A stretch of DNA of 64,000 nucleotides from Thermodesulfobacteriota bacterium (GTDB taxonomy: Bacteria > Desulfobacterota > Desulfobulbia > Desulfobulbales > JBFMBH01). A model generated the notes under the pieces. It had not been told where the DNA came from. It did not search any database and saw only the letters and a list, made by a program, of their open reading frames with translations. The stretch's first letter is position 1. Each line of letters opens with the position of its first letter. Position numbers and translations under genes: made by a program. Positions 28,883-38,385 of the stretch are shown here, piece by piece. Location of the stretch: positions 20,143 to 84,142 of the forward strand of contig JBFMBH010000003.1 in assembly GCA_040755095.1 (NCBI GenBank). Reading direction: 5' to 3'.

Positions 28883-31197
28883 AGGCCGGGTGCACCCAGA
28901 AGGGGCAGCCTTTTCATCACAGAAGATGCGATCCGCAAGAGGGAGGGATGACAGCGATGGCGAGGAAGCTTGCACGGCCGGCAGGAAGGACAGGCATTCG
29001 GGTCAAGGCGGAGGGGGACGACATGCTGGTGAAGAAGGAGCACCAGGACAAGCGGGTGGCCCAGGAGAAGGTGCGGGCCCGCACCCTGGCCAAGCAGCAG
29101 GCCAATGCCGAGCGTCTGGCCGCCGCCTCGGAGGAGCTGTCGGCGGCCATCGAGGAGTCCAACGCCGCGTCGGCGCAGCTCAATGATCTCATGGGCGGGG
29201 TCGCGGCGGCGGCGGAGAAGATGAACCAGATCGCCACCCATCTCCAGGAGGCGGCCCAGACCACCAGCCGGTCGGTGGGGGAGGTGCGGACGATCACCGA
29301 GCAGTACGACGCCAAGAACGAGGATGTGGACAAGAAGACGGTGGACACCACCCGGGCCATCTCCGAGCTGGCCGGCTCGGTGGACGCCACCACCAAGCGG
29401 GTGCTGGACTCCGCCACGGTCATCAACCAGCTCAAGACCAAGGCGGAGAACATCAGCGGCATCGTCCAGGTGGTGACCCGGATTGCCGACCAGACCAATC
29501 TTCTGGCCCTGAACGCGGCCATCGAGGCGGCCCGGGCCGGGGATCACGGCAAGGGCTTTGCCGTGGTGGCCGACGAGGTGCGGACCCTGGCCGAGGTTTC
29601 GGAGAGCTCGGCCCACAAGATCAAGGATGTCATTGACGACGCCCTCAATCAGGTGGCCCGGGTGGTCTCTTCGGTCTCGGCCTTCGAGAGCATCTCGGCC
29701 ACCAACAAGCGCAAGACCGGGGTGATCGCCGGCGCCTGCAACAACATCCGCCACCAGTCCTCCCAGATCACGGCCGCGGTGCGTCAGATCAAGCAGATTT
29801 CCATCCAGGTCGCGGAGCGGGCCGATCAGACCTGCGGCAATGTCAGCACCATGGTGGGCGCCGCGGAGCAGATCGCCGCCTCCTGCGACCAGATCCGCCA
29901 GAGCACCAGCGAGCAGGTGAAGGCCTTCTCCGAGGCGTCGGCGGCCGCCAACGATCTGGCCACCATGGCCGATGACCTCAAGAGCTCGGTGGACATCAGC
30001 AAGTCCGCCGAGGAGGTGGCCGCCGCCGCCGAGGAGCTGGCCGCCACCGTGGAGGAGATGGACAACTCCGCCGATGAGATCGAGCGGGCCATCAGCGAGG
30101 TGGCCAAGGGCTCCCGGTCCATGGCCGACACCCTGGGCGAGGTGAGCGGCCTGGCCAACACCACCCTCGCTGATCTGGCGGCAGGGGATGCCATCTGGGA
30201 GGAGATCGCCGGCAAGGGGCGGGGCATCCAGCAGGAGCTGGAGCACATCAAATGTCTCGACCATCTCCTTTATATCGAGGCCCTGGAGAAGGCCATCACC
30301 GACAACACCCCCTTCAAGGGCCAGCTCGATCCCCACAAGTGCGCCTTTGGCTGCTGGTACGACCATTACCAGCCGGAGGACGGGGAGGAGCAGCTGGCCT
30401 ACGACGAGATCCGGGAGCATCATGACGCCGTGCACCACGGCGCCCGGGATGTGGTCCGGGCCATGGCCGACGGCCGTCTGGACGAATGCCGCGCCATCCT
30501 CGACTCGAAGATCCGGCCGGCGGTGGAGCAGTTCCGCCGCATCTTCGAGCGCTTCCACCACGGCATCGAGATGGTCACCGATGGCATCAAGAACACCATC
30601 AAGAACAACCAGGCGATCATGGAGGAGATGGCGGTCCTGGACAAGGAGTTCTCCAAGGTCAACAAGATCGTGGACACCATCACCAACGTCGCCATCCAGA
30701 CCAACATGCTGGCGGTGAACGGCCATATCGAGGCGGCCCGGGCCGGGGAGTTCGGCCGCGGCTTCTCGGTGGTGGCCGGCGACATCCGCTCCCTGGCCAA
30801 CGAGAGTGCGGACAACGCCGAGAAGATGCGGGAGATCCTGGACGATGTCCGGGACCAGATCGCCCTGGCCAAGGGGGACATCGCCAACATCAGCACCATG
30901 ATCCAGGTGCAGATCGAGCGGGCCAACGTGGCGGTGGAGGCCCTGGTGGAGATCTCCCGGCTGATCCGGGAAACCCGGGCCAGCCAGGGCTTGGCCCTCG
31001 TCCGCATGAAGGATGCCCACGCCGCGGCGGACAGCACCAACCGCCTGGTGGAGGACAGCGCCCAGGCGGTGGAGGTGCTGGTGCAAAACAGCGAGCAGTC
31101 CGGCCATGCGGCAGCCGAGCAGATCAAAGGCATCAAGGAGATTGCGCTCACCGCCGAGGACGTGGCCAGCCTGGCCGACGAGATGCAAAACGCCTAA
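28879..31197 (+). CDS. soluble methyl-accepting chemotaxis protein with two signalling-tip motifs flanking a CZB zinc-binding domain
   Basis: No TM segment. Tip 1 is [38 protein letters not shown]. The CZB-like domain reads DHLLYIE...[11 protein letters not shown]...HHDAVHH. Tip 2 is [37 protein letters not shown]. Start is uncertain: GTG 28879 (GTGA overlap), ATG 28948 or ATG 28957. Confidence 0.85.
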   Translation: MKAGCTQKGQPFHHRRCDPQEGGMTAMARKLARPAGRTGIRVKAEGDDMLVKKEHQDKRVAQEKVRARTLAKQQANAERLAAASEELSAAIEESNAASAQLNDLMGGVAAAAEKMNQIATHLQEAAQTTSRSVGEVRTITEQYDAKNEDVDKKTVDTTRAISELAGSVDATTKRVLDSATVINQLKTKAENISGIVQVVTRIADQTNLLALNAAIEAARAGDHGKGFAVVADEVRTLAEVSESSAHKIKDVIDDALNQVARVVSSVSAFESISATNKRKTGVIAGACNNIRHQSSQITAAVRQIKQISIQVAERADQTCGNVSTMVGAAEQIAASCDQIRQSTSEQVKAFSEASAAANDLATMADDLKSSVDISKSAEEVAAAAEELAATVEEMDNSADEIERAISEVAKGSRSMADTLGEVSGLANTTLADLAAGDAIWEEIAGKGRGIQQELEHIKCLDHLLYIEALEKAITDNTPFKGQLDPHKCAFGCWYDHYQPEDGEEQLAYDEIREHHDAVHHGARDVVRAMADGRLDECRAILDSKIRPAVEQFRRIFERFHHGIEMVTDGIKNTIKNNQAIMEEMAVLDKEFSKVNKIVDTITNVAIQTNMLAVNGHIEAARAGEFGRGFSVVAGDIRSLANESADNAEKMREILDDVRDQIALAKGDIANISTMIQVQIERANVAVEALVEISRLIRETRASQGLALVRMKDAHAAADSTNRLVEDSAQAVEVLVQNSEQSGHAAAEQIKGIKEIALTAEDVASLADEMQNA

Positions 31198-31222
31198 AGG
31201 GTCGACCGCTTGAGGTGCCGAT

Positions 31223-32842
31223 ATGGCTGAGACCAGCGTGCAAGCTGCCGGCGCGGGCGAATCCCAGCTCGTCTGTTTCCGGCTGGCGGAAGAGGAGTTC
31301 GGGGTGGACATCACCCAGGTCCGGGAGATCGTGCGGCTTCCGGCCATCACCCACATCCCCCTCACGCCGGACTATGTCCGGGGGGTGGCCAACCTGCGGG
31401 GCGCGGTGCTGCCGGTCATCGACTGCCGCCGCCGTTTCGGCTTGCCGGTGATGCCGGCCACGGAGCGGACCCGGGTTCTGGTCCTGGACGTGTCCGGGAT
31501 GATCGCCGGCATGGTGGTGGACGGGGTAAGTGAGGTGATGCGGGTCCCGCAGGGCGCCGTGGACCCGCCGCCGCCGGCCACCCAGGGCGGTATCACCGGC
31601 GACTTCCTGGCCGGGGTCATCAAACTGGACACCGGCCGCCGGCTGGTGCTCCTGATCCGGCCCGAAGAGGTGCTGGCTGTGGAGGCCGGTACCGCGGAGG
31701 GGACGGCCAGCCGCCCGGCGGCCCTGGCCCATGGCAGCGGCCGGCCGGCGGCGGCCACCGCCAAGGTGGCGGAGCGGCAGCTGGTCTCTTTTGCCGTCGC
31801 CGACGAGGAGTATGCCTTTGACATCGGGGTGGTGAAGGAGATCCTGCGCCACGGGGAGATCACCGCCCTGCCCGGGGCGCCGCCGGCGGTCCGGGGCCTG
31901 GTGACAGTCCGGGAGCAGCTCCTGCCGATCCTGGACCTGCGGATCCTCCTGGGCCTGGCTCCGGCGGACGGGGACGAGCAGCGGATCCTGGTGGTGGAGG
32001 GCGATGGCCCATCCATGGGCCTCATGGTGGACCGGGTGAAAGAGGTCCTGCGGGTGCCCTTGGACGAGATCCAGGCCGTGGACGATCTGGCCATGCGCAC
32101 CAGCGAGCTGGACGCCGTGGCCCGCCTCGACGACGGCCGCCGTCTCATCCTCATCCTCGATGTCAACCGGCTGGCGGGCATCGAGGCAGTCGGCGAGCTG
32201 ATGGAGGACACGGCGCCGGCCGCCGGGGAGACCGCAGGCCCCACCAGAGGGGCGGATCTGTCCGAGGAGCAGCTGGTCACCTTCGTGGTGGGTGGCGAGG
32301 AGTACGGCATCCGCATCACCCAGATCCGGGAGATCAACCGCCTGGGTCAGGTGACCCGGCTGCCCAAGGCGCCCGCCTTTCTGGCCGGGGTCACCAACCT
32401 CCGGGGGCAGGTCATCCCGCTCATCGACCTGCGGACCTGGTTCGATCTCGCGGACCGCAGCGTCAGCGACCGGACCCGGATCATCATTGTGGACCTGGAC
32501 GGCCAGCGCACGGGCTTCATCGTCGACCAGGTCAACGAGGTGCTGCGCATCCCCGGCGCCCAGATCGAGGCGACGCCGGCCCTCCTGGAGACCCGGGTGG
32601 ACCGGGAGCAGCGAGCCTTCATCACCGGCATCGGCAAGCTCGATGCCGGCAAGCGCATGGTCCTCATCCTGGATGTCAGCCGCATGCTGACCGCCGGCGA
32701 GCAGCAGGCCCTGGCAGCCCTGTCCGCGGCCAGCAGCGCGGCGCCGGCCTCCCCGATGACCGCCAAGCCGAAGCCGGCCCGCAAAAGCGGCGCCAAGAAG
32801 ACCAGGGCCAGGGCCGAGGACGCCATGGCCATCGACGACTGA
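31223..32842 (+). CDS. triple CheW-domain scaffold protein
   Basis: Three CheW modules: QLVCFRLAEEEFGVDITQVREIV, QLVSFAVADEEYAFDIGVVKEIL and QLVTFVVGGEEYGIRITQIREIN. A Ser/Ala/Lys-rich tail follows. Confidence 0.85.
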   Translation: MAETSVQAAGAGESQLVCFRLAEEEFGVDITQVREIVRLPAITHIPLTPDYVRGVANLRGAVLPVIDCRRRFGLPVMPATERTRVLVLDVSGMIAGMVVDGVSEVMRVPQGAVDPPPPATQGGITGDFLAGVIKLDTGRRLVLLIRPEEVLAVEAGTAEGTASRPAALAHGSGRPAAATAKVAERQLVSFAVADEEYAFDIGVVKEILRHGEITALPGAPPAVRGLVTVREQLLPILDLRILLGLAPADGDEQRILVVEGDGPSMGLMVDRVKEVLRVPLDEIQAVDDLAMRTSELDAVARLDDGRRLILILDVNRLAGIEAVGELMEDTAPAAGETAGPTRGADLSEEQLVTFVVGGEEYGIRITQIREINRLGQVTRLPKAPAFLAGVTNLRGQVIPLIDLRTWFDLADRSVSDRTRIIIVDLDGQRTGFIVDQVNEVLRIPGAQIEATPALLETRVDREQRAFITGIGKLDAGKRMVLILDVSRMLTAGEQQALAALSAASSAAPASPMTAKPKPARKSGAKKTRARAEDAMAIDD

Positions 32843-32968
32843 CCGCAGCAGCCCTGGTCGCTCCACAGGTCTTCCAGGTCCCACAGGTCGTCCCAGGGGC
32901 CGCATGAGGCCGGAACGCCGGGACCGAACGGGCCTGCAGCCTTTGCGACACACCCTGAGGAGACAAAC

Positions 32969-34063
32969 ATGCCAGCCCAGATCCGGGTTCTCATCGCCGA
33001 CGACTCCGCGCTCATGCGGCGCGTGTTGCGGGAGATCCTGGAGACCGATCCCAGGGTGGAGGTGGTGGGCGCGGCCCGGGACGGGGTGGACCTTCTGGAC
33101 AAGGCCGCCCGTCTGAAGCCGGATGTCATCACCCTGGACATCAACATGCCCAACATGGACGGCCTTACCGCCCTGGGGCACCTGGTGCGGGACGGGCTGG
33201 GACAGGTGGTCATGGTGTCGTCCCTGACCCAGGCCGGGGCCGAGGCGACCTTGAAGGCCCTGGAGATGGGCGCCTTCGACTGCGTGGCCAAGCCGGGGGG
33301 CACGGTCTCCGCCAACCTGACGGTGGTGAGCGACGAGCTGTTGCGCAAGGTGCGGGCCGCGGCCAGCGCCGGCACGGTGGTGCGCCTGGCCCGACCGCGC
33401 AAGCGGCCTGGCCTGGCAGCAGAGCCCGTCCGGCCGGCCGCGCCCGTGCCCCAGCGCAGCCGGCCAGCGCCGTCCGTGCCGCCGGTGGGCCACAAGGCGG
33501 TCGCCATCGGCATCTCCACCGGCGGGCCGAAGACGATCCTGGATGTGCTGCCGGCCCTGCCCGCCGATCTGCCGGCCGCGGTGTTCATGGTCCAGCACCT
33601 GCCGCCCAGCTTCACCGCCTCCTACGCCGAGCGCCTGGATCGCTGCTGCCGGATGCGCTGCCTGGAGGCGCAAAGCGGCATGGTGGTCCAGCCCGGCACC
33701 ATCTACCTGGGCCAGGGCGGCCGCCATCTCACCGTGGCCCGCCGGACCACCGGCGAGGTGGTGATCCGCACCCCCTCCCGGCCGGAGCATGCCTTCATGC
33801 CCTCGGTGGACGTGATGATGGAGTCGATTCTCGGGGTCTACGGCCAGGACACCGTGGGGGTGCTCATGACCGGCATGGGCGATGACGGGGCGAAGGCCAT
33901 GGCCGCCATCCACCAGGCGGCGGGCGTCACCATTGCGGAAAGCGAGGAGAGCGCCGTGGTCTGGGGGATGCCCGGCGCGGCAGTGGCCCTCAATGCCGTC
34001 CAGCTCCTGGCCGGCAGCTGGGAGATGGCCCGTGAGATCATCAAAGCGGTGCAGGGCCGGTGA
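32969..34063 (+). CDS. cheB: chemotaxis response regulator protein-glutamate methylesterase
   Basis: Receiver domain (RVLIADDSALMRR...DVITLDINMPNMDG) plus a CheB esterase domain (GISTGGP, VQHLPP, TGMGDDGA). Confidence 0.95.
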   Translation: MPAQIRVLIADDSALMRRVLREILETDPRVEVVGAARDGVDLLDKAARLKPDVITLDINMPNMDGLTALGHLVRDGLGQVVMVSSLTQAGAEATLKALEMGAFDCVAKPGGTVSANLTVVSDELLRKVRAAASAGTVVRLARPRKRPGLAAEPVRPAAPVPQRSRPAPSVPPVGHKAVAIGISTGGPKTILDVLPALPADLPAAVFMVQHLPPSFTASYAERLDRCCRMRCLEAQSGMVVQPGTIYLGQGGRHLTVARRTTGEVVIRTPSRPEHAFMPSVDVMMESILGVYGQDTVGVLMTGMGDDGAKAMAAIHQAAGVTIAESEESAVVWGMPGAAVALNAVQLLAGSWEMAREIIKAVQGR

Positions 34064-34098
34064 TGCTGGACCCGGCTCTGGCATGCGCCTGACCAGTT

Positions 34099-34938
34099 AT
34101 GCGACTCGATCTGGCGGATTTCCTCAAGATCCGGGACCTGATCCATGCCCAGACCGGGATCGCCTTTGACGAGAACAAGCTCCTCTTCGTCAAAAAGCGG
34201 CTGCAGATCCGCATGGAGGCCTGTCGCACGGAGACCGCCCTGGAGTATCTGCGCCTGCTCAAGTTCGGCGATCCCCGGGGGGAGGAGCTGCAGGCCTTCA
34301 TCAACCTGCTCACGACCAACGAGACGTATTTCTTCCGGGAGTTCAATCAGCTGGTGGTGTTCGCCGAGCAGTGCCTGCCGGAGCTGGCCGCCCGGCGGGC
34401 CTCCATGAAGAACCGCCGCCTGCGGCTGTGGTCGGCGGGCTGCTCCACCGGCGAGGAGCCATACACCCTGGCCATCATCCTGCGGGAGATGCTGGAGGAG
34501 CCGGACAGCTGGCTGCTCGATGTCCTGGCCACGGACATCGACACCCGGGTGCTGAACACCGCCCGCAAGGGCCTCTATGACCGGCGGGCGGTGAAGGAGA
34601 TGCCGCCGGAGTACCTGGACCAGTGGCTGACCCGCACCAGGACCGGCCAGTACCGGGTGCACCCGATCCTGCGCCACATGTGCCGTTTCGAGCACCTCAA
34701 TATGCACCAGGACAGCCAGATGGCCCGGGTGGTGAATGTGGACTTCATCTTCTGCCGCAACGTCCTGATCTACTTCGATGACCTGGCACGGCAGAAGGTG
34801 GTGGCCCACTTCTTCGAGAGCCTCAATCCGGGCGGCTACATCTTTCTGGGCCATTCGGAATCCATGAGCCGGATCTCCAACGCCTTCAGGGCGATCCGCC
34901 GGGGCGGCATGATTCTGTATCAGAAGCCCTGGCTCTAG
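34099..34938 (+). CDS. cheR: chemotaxis protein methyltransferase
   Basis: TTNETYFFRE, LRLWSAGCSTGEEPYTLAI and IFCRNVLIYFD. Confidence 0.92.
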   Translation: MRLDLADFLKIRDLIHAQTGIAFDENKLLFVKKRLQIRMEACRTETALEYLRLLKFGDPRGEELQAFINLLTTNETYFFREFNQLVVFAEQCLPELAARRASMKNRRLRLWSAGCSTGEEPYTLAIILREMLEEPDSWLLDVLATDIDTRVLNTARKGLYDRRAVKEMPPEYLDQWLTRTRTGQYRVHPILRHMCRFEHLNMHQDSQMARVVNVDFIFCRNVLIYFDDLARQKVVAHFFESLNPGGYIFLGHSESMSRISNAFRAIRRGGMILYQKPWL

Positions 34939-34978
34939 ACGGCTGGCGGCAGCCTACGGGCGAGACAACAGGACAACC

Positions 34979-37534
34979 ATGGCCGAGACGATCACCATCA
35001 GCTTGCAGGCCAGCGAGCTGGATCTCCTCAGGGAGTTCCTCCTGGAGGGCCAGGACCTCCTGGCCCAGGTGGAGGACGAGATCCTGCGTCTGGAAGACGG
35101 AGACGCGGGCCAGGATGCCCTGGTCCAGGGGATCTTCCGCAGCGTGCACACCATCAAAGGCACCTCCGGCTTTTTTGGCCTGGCGGCGGCCGAGCGCCTC
35201 GGCCACCGGCTGGAGGCGCTCCTGGACCTGGTCCGGGGGCACCGGGTGCAGGTGACCCCGGACGTGGCGGACTGCCTCCTGGGCGGGGTGGATCGTCTGA
35301 AGAAGCTCCTGGCCGAGGCGGCATCGGCGGCCAGCCAGGCCCGGGAGGAGGGCGGCAACGCCGTCCTGGCCATGACCGATCTGGCGGTGCAAGACGTCCT
35401 GGACTGGCTGGAGGGCGAGATCGACAAGGGCAAGGCGGCAGCGCCGGCGGCCCCGGCCGCCGTTGTTGCCGCTCCGGCCGTCGCGGCTTCCGGCGAGCCC
35501 TTCCCGGAGCTGCCCGCCGAGCTGCTTGCCGAGTTTCTGGCCGAGGCCAACGGGCACCTGGAGGCCATGGAGGGCCTGTTGAAGGCCGCTCAGGCCGGCA
35601 GCATGGCCGATGACGGGCCGGATGCCATCTTCCGCTACCTGCACACAGTGAAGGGCAACAGCGGCATGGTGCTGGCCCACTTCGACCGGGAGAGCGACCG
35701 GGAGCGGCACGTTCTGGCCGGGGCTCGGGACTTGGCCCACGCGGCCGAGCATCTGGTGCAGCAGCGCCGGGCCACCGCCAGCCGCCTTTCGCCCAGCGAG
35801 GTGGAGATCCTCTTCCAGGTCCGGGACACCCTGGTCCAGCTCCTGGAGCGCCTGGCGGCCGGCGATGCCATCGGGTTCCCGGTCCGGGAGCTGGTGGAGC
35901 ACTGCCGGGCCGCGGCCGAAGGCCGGGCGCCGGCCGGATCCTCGGCCACGGGCTCGCCTTTGGGCCGGCTGTTGACCAGGCTGGAGCATGACCTGGCCGG
36001 CATGCTCACCGTCACGGATCGGGAACAGGCCCTGGCCCGGATCCGCGAAACCCTGCAAGACATCGCTGGTGTGGCCATGAGCACCGGCGACCGGGACCTC
36101 AAGAAGAAGATCGGCGAGGCCCTCACCGTGGCCGAGTTTCTGTGCCAGGACAGCAGCGAGGAGAGTATGCGCCTCTGCCTGCCGGATCTGGTGGCCTTCA
36201 GCCAGGAGGTGCGCCAGGCCGTGCCTCGTCTGGCAGCGGTGACCGTCGCGCCGGCGCCGGCACTGGCACCGGCCCAGGGCCGCCCGGCCGCCACCCCGGA
36301 AGCAGCCACCGCCGGCGAGCGGGAGCAGGCAGCGGTGATCCGGGTGCCTTCCGAGCGCCTGGACCAGCTCATGAACCTGGTGGGCGAGCTTCTCGTGGGC
36401 CGCAATGCCTTGGCCTACCTGGCCCGCTCCATCGCGGTCGACGATGGCCGGCCAGATATCGGCCAGAAGGTCAAGGAGCATTGTGTTGGGCTTTCCCATA
36501 TCGGCGAGGAGCTGCAGGCGGCGGTCATGGCCATGCGCATGACCCCGGTCCAGCATGTCTTTGCCCGATTTCCTCGCCTGGTGCGGGACCTGTCCCGCCG
36601 GCTGGGCAAGGCCATGCGTCTCGAGGTCTCGGGCGGCGAGACCGAGCTGGACAAGACGGTCATCGAGGCCCTGGGCGACCCCCTGGTGCACCTCATCCGC
36701 AACGCCGCTGACCACGGCCTGGAGCCGACCGAGGCGCGGATCGCGGCCGGCAAGCCGGCCGAGGGGGTCATCCGCCTCCATGCCGCCCAACGGGGCCAAT
36801 CGGTGCTGGTCCAGATCACGGACGACGGCCGGGGGCTCAACAGCGCCGCCATCCGCAAGAAGGCCCTGGCCAACGGCCTCTATGACCAGACCCAACTGGA
36901 GCGCATGAGCGAGGACGAGCTGGCCAACCTGATCTTTGCCCCAGGCCTGTCCACCGCTGGCTCGGTCTCGGAGGTCTCGGGCCGGGGGGTGGGCATGGAC
37001 GTGGTGCGCCGGGGCATCGAGCGGATCGGCGGCAGCGTCCAGGTGGCAAGTCGGCCCGGCCTGGGCTGCACCATCACCATGCGGCTGCCGCTCACCCTGA
37101 CCGTCAGCCGGGGTCTTGAGGTGGCCGTGGCGGGCGAGCGCTTCTACCTGCCCCTCGATGTCATCGTCGAGACCGTGAAGGTGGACCGGGAGCGCTTCCA
37201 CCGGCACCGCCGGGAGACGATGGTGGCCATCCGGGGCGACATCCTGGTGGTGCACGACCTGGCAGCCCTCTTGGACCTGCCGGCGGCGGAGCGGGGAGCC
37301 CTGCCGGCCCAGGTGCCGCTGGTCATCATCCGGGCGGGCGACCGGCGGGAGGCCGTCCGGGTGGACGAATTCTTCCGGGAGGGGGAGTTTGTCCTGAAGC
37401 CCCTGCCCAAGGCCCTGGGCCGGATGCCCTGGATCATGGGCAGCACCATCACCCCCACCGGTCAGGTGATCCTGATTCTCGACGCCGCCAAGCTCTTGAC
37501 CAGCCCGAGCACCCCCCCTGGAGCGCCCGCATGA
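34979..37534 (+). CDS. cheA: CheA histidine kinase with two Hpt (P1) domains
   Basis: Hpt 1 is FRSVHTIKGTSGFFG and Hpt 2 is FRYLHTVKGNSGMV. Kinase core has DPLVHLIRNAADHG, DDGRGL and GRGVGMDVV. C-terminal CheW-like P5 domain. Confidence 0.9.
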   Translation: MAETITISLQASELDLLREFLLEGQDLLAQVEDEILRLEDGDAGQDALVQGIFRSVHTIKGTSGFFGLAAAERLGHRLEALLDLVRGHRVQVTPDVADCLLGGVDRLKKLLAEAASAASQAREEGGNAVLAMTDLAVQDVLDWLEGEIDKGKAAAPAAPAAVVAAPAVAASGEPFPELPAELLAEFLAEANGHLEAMEGLLKAAQAGSMADDGPDAIFRYLHTVKGNSGMVLAHFDRESDRERHVLAGARDLAHAAEHLVQQRRATASRLSPSEVEILFQVRDTLVQLLERLAAGDAIGFPVRELVEHCRAAAEGRAPAGSSATGSPLGRLLTRLEHDLAGMLTVTDREQALARIRETLQDIAGVAMSTGDRDLKKKIGEALTVAEFLCQDSSEESMRLCLPDLVAFSQEVRQAVPRLAAVTVAPAPALAPAQGRPAATPEAATAGEREQAAVIRVPSERLDQLMNLVGELLVGRNALAYLARSIAVDDGRPDIGQKVKEHCVGLSHIGEELQAAVMAMRMTPVQHVFARFPRLVRDLSRRLGKAMRLEVSGGETELDKTVIEALGDPLVHLIRNAADHGLEPTEARIAAGKPAEGVIRLHAAQRGQSVLVQITDDGRGLNSAAIRKKALANGLYDQTQLERMSEDELANLIFAPGLSTAGSVSEVSGRGVGMDVVRRGIERIGGSVQVASRPGLGCTITMRLPLTLTVSRGLEVAVAGERFYLPLDVIVETVKVDRERFHRHRRETMVAIRGDILVVHDLAALLDLPAAERGALPAQVPLVIIRAGDRREAVRVDEFFREGEFVLKPLPKALGRMPWIMGSTITPTGQVILILDAAKLLTSPSTPPGAPA

Positions 37535-37965
37535 GCCCGCAACAGACCCATGTCCTCATCGTCGACGACGAGCCCGACATCCTCGATGCCCTCCGCTGCT
37601 ATCTGGAGGTGGCGGGCGACTACCGGATCAGCACCGAGAGCGATCCGCTGCGGGCCCTGGAGCTCCTGGGCCGGGAGCGGGTGGACGTGGTGCTCTCGGA
37701 CATCAATATGCCGGGCATGAGCGGTATCGAGCTGTTGCGCCGGATCAAGACCGAGCAGCCCCTGCTGCAGGTGGTCATGATGACCGCCTTCTCCACGGTG
37801 GACAAGGTCATGGAATGCGTGCAGGCCGGTGCCGCCGACTACATCCTGAAGCCGTTGACCGACATGGAGGCGGCAGCACAGATCATCGACGAGGCGGCCA
37901 GAAGGGTGCAGCGCTGGCGCCGCACCTTTCTGGCCACCATGCGTAGTGGGCGGGGGGCAGACTGA
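37531..37965 (+). CDS. cheY: CheY-like single-domain response regulator
   Basis: VLIVDDEPD...DVVLSDINMPGMSGIELL...TAFS...DYILKP. ATGA overlap with cheA. Confidence 0.85.
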   Translation: MSPQQTHVLIVDDEPDILDALRCYLEVAGDYRISTESDPLRALELLGRERVDVVLSDINMPGMSGIELLRRIKTEQPLLQVVMMTAFSTVDKVMECVQAGAADYILKPLTDMEAAAQIIDEAARRVQRWRRTFLATMRSGRGAD

Positions 37966-38381
37966 TGGACCAGGGAACGTGCCGGATCATGGTGGTGGAT
38001 GACGAGCCGGAGGTCAGCCAGAGCCTGGCCTCCACCTTGAGCTTGCTCACCGGCCAGGCGGTGGAGCCGTACGAGGATCCGTATCTGGCCCTGCAGGCCT
38101 TTCTGAAGATGCCCTACGATCTGGTGATCACGGACATCAGCATGCCGCGCATTGACGGCTACGAGCTCATCCGTCGCATGCGCGCCCTGATGCCGGCCTG
38201 CGATTTCATCGTCGTCACCGCCCACCGGAACGCGGAGACGGTGCAGCGGGCCCGGGTGGCGGGTGCGGCGCGCCTGTTCTTCAAGCCGGTGGATGTGGCG
38301 GCCCTGGAGGCCGCGGTGGGTGAGACCATGGCGCGGCATGACTACTGGGCCAGGCTTCTGGCCTCGGTAACCGGGGGGTGA
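37965..38381 (+). CDS. second single-domain response regulator
   Basis: IMVVDDEPE...DLVITDISMPRIDGYELI...VTAH...FFKP. TGATG overlap with the preceding gene. Confidence 0.8.
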   Translation: MDQGTCRIMVVDDEPEVSQSLASTLSLLTGQAVEPYEDPYLALQAFLKMPYDLVITDISMPRIDGYELIRRMRALMPACDFIVVTAHRNAETVQRARVAGAARLFFKPVDVAALEAAVGETMARHDYWARLLASVTGG

Positions 38382-38385
38382 CGCC

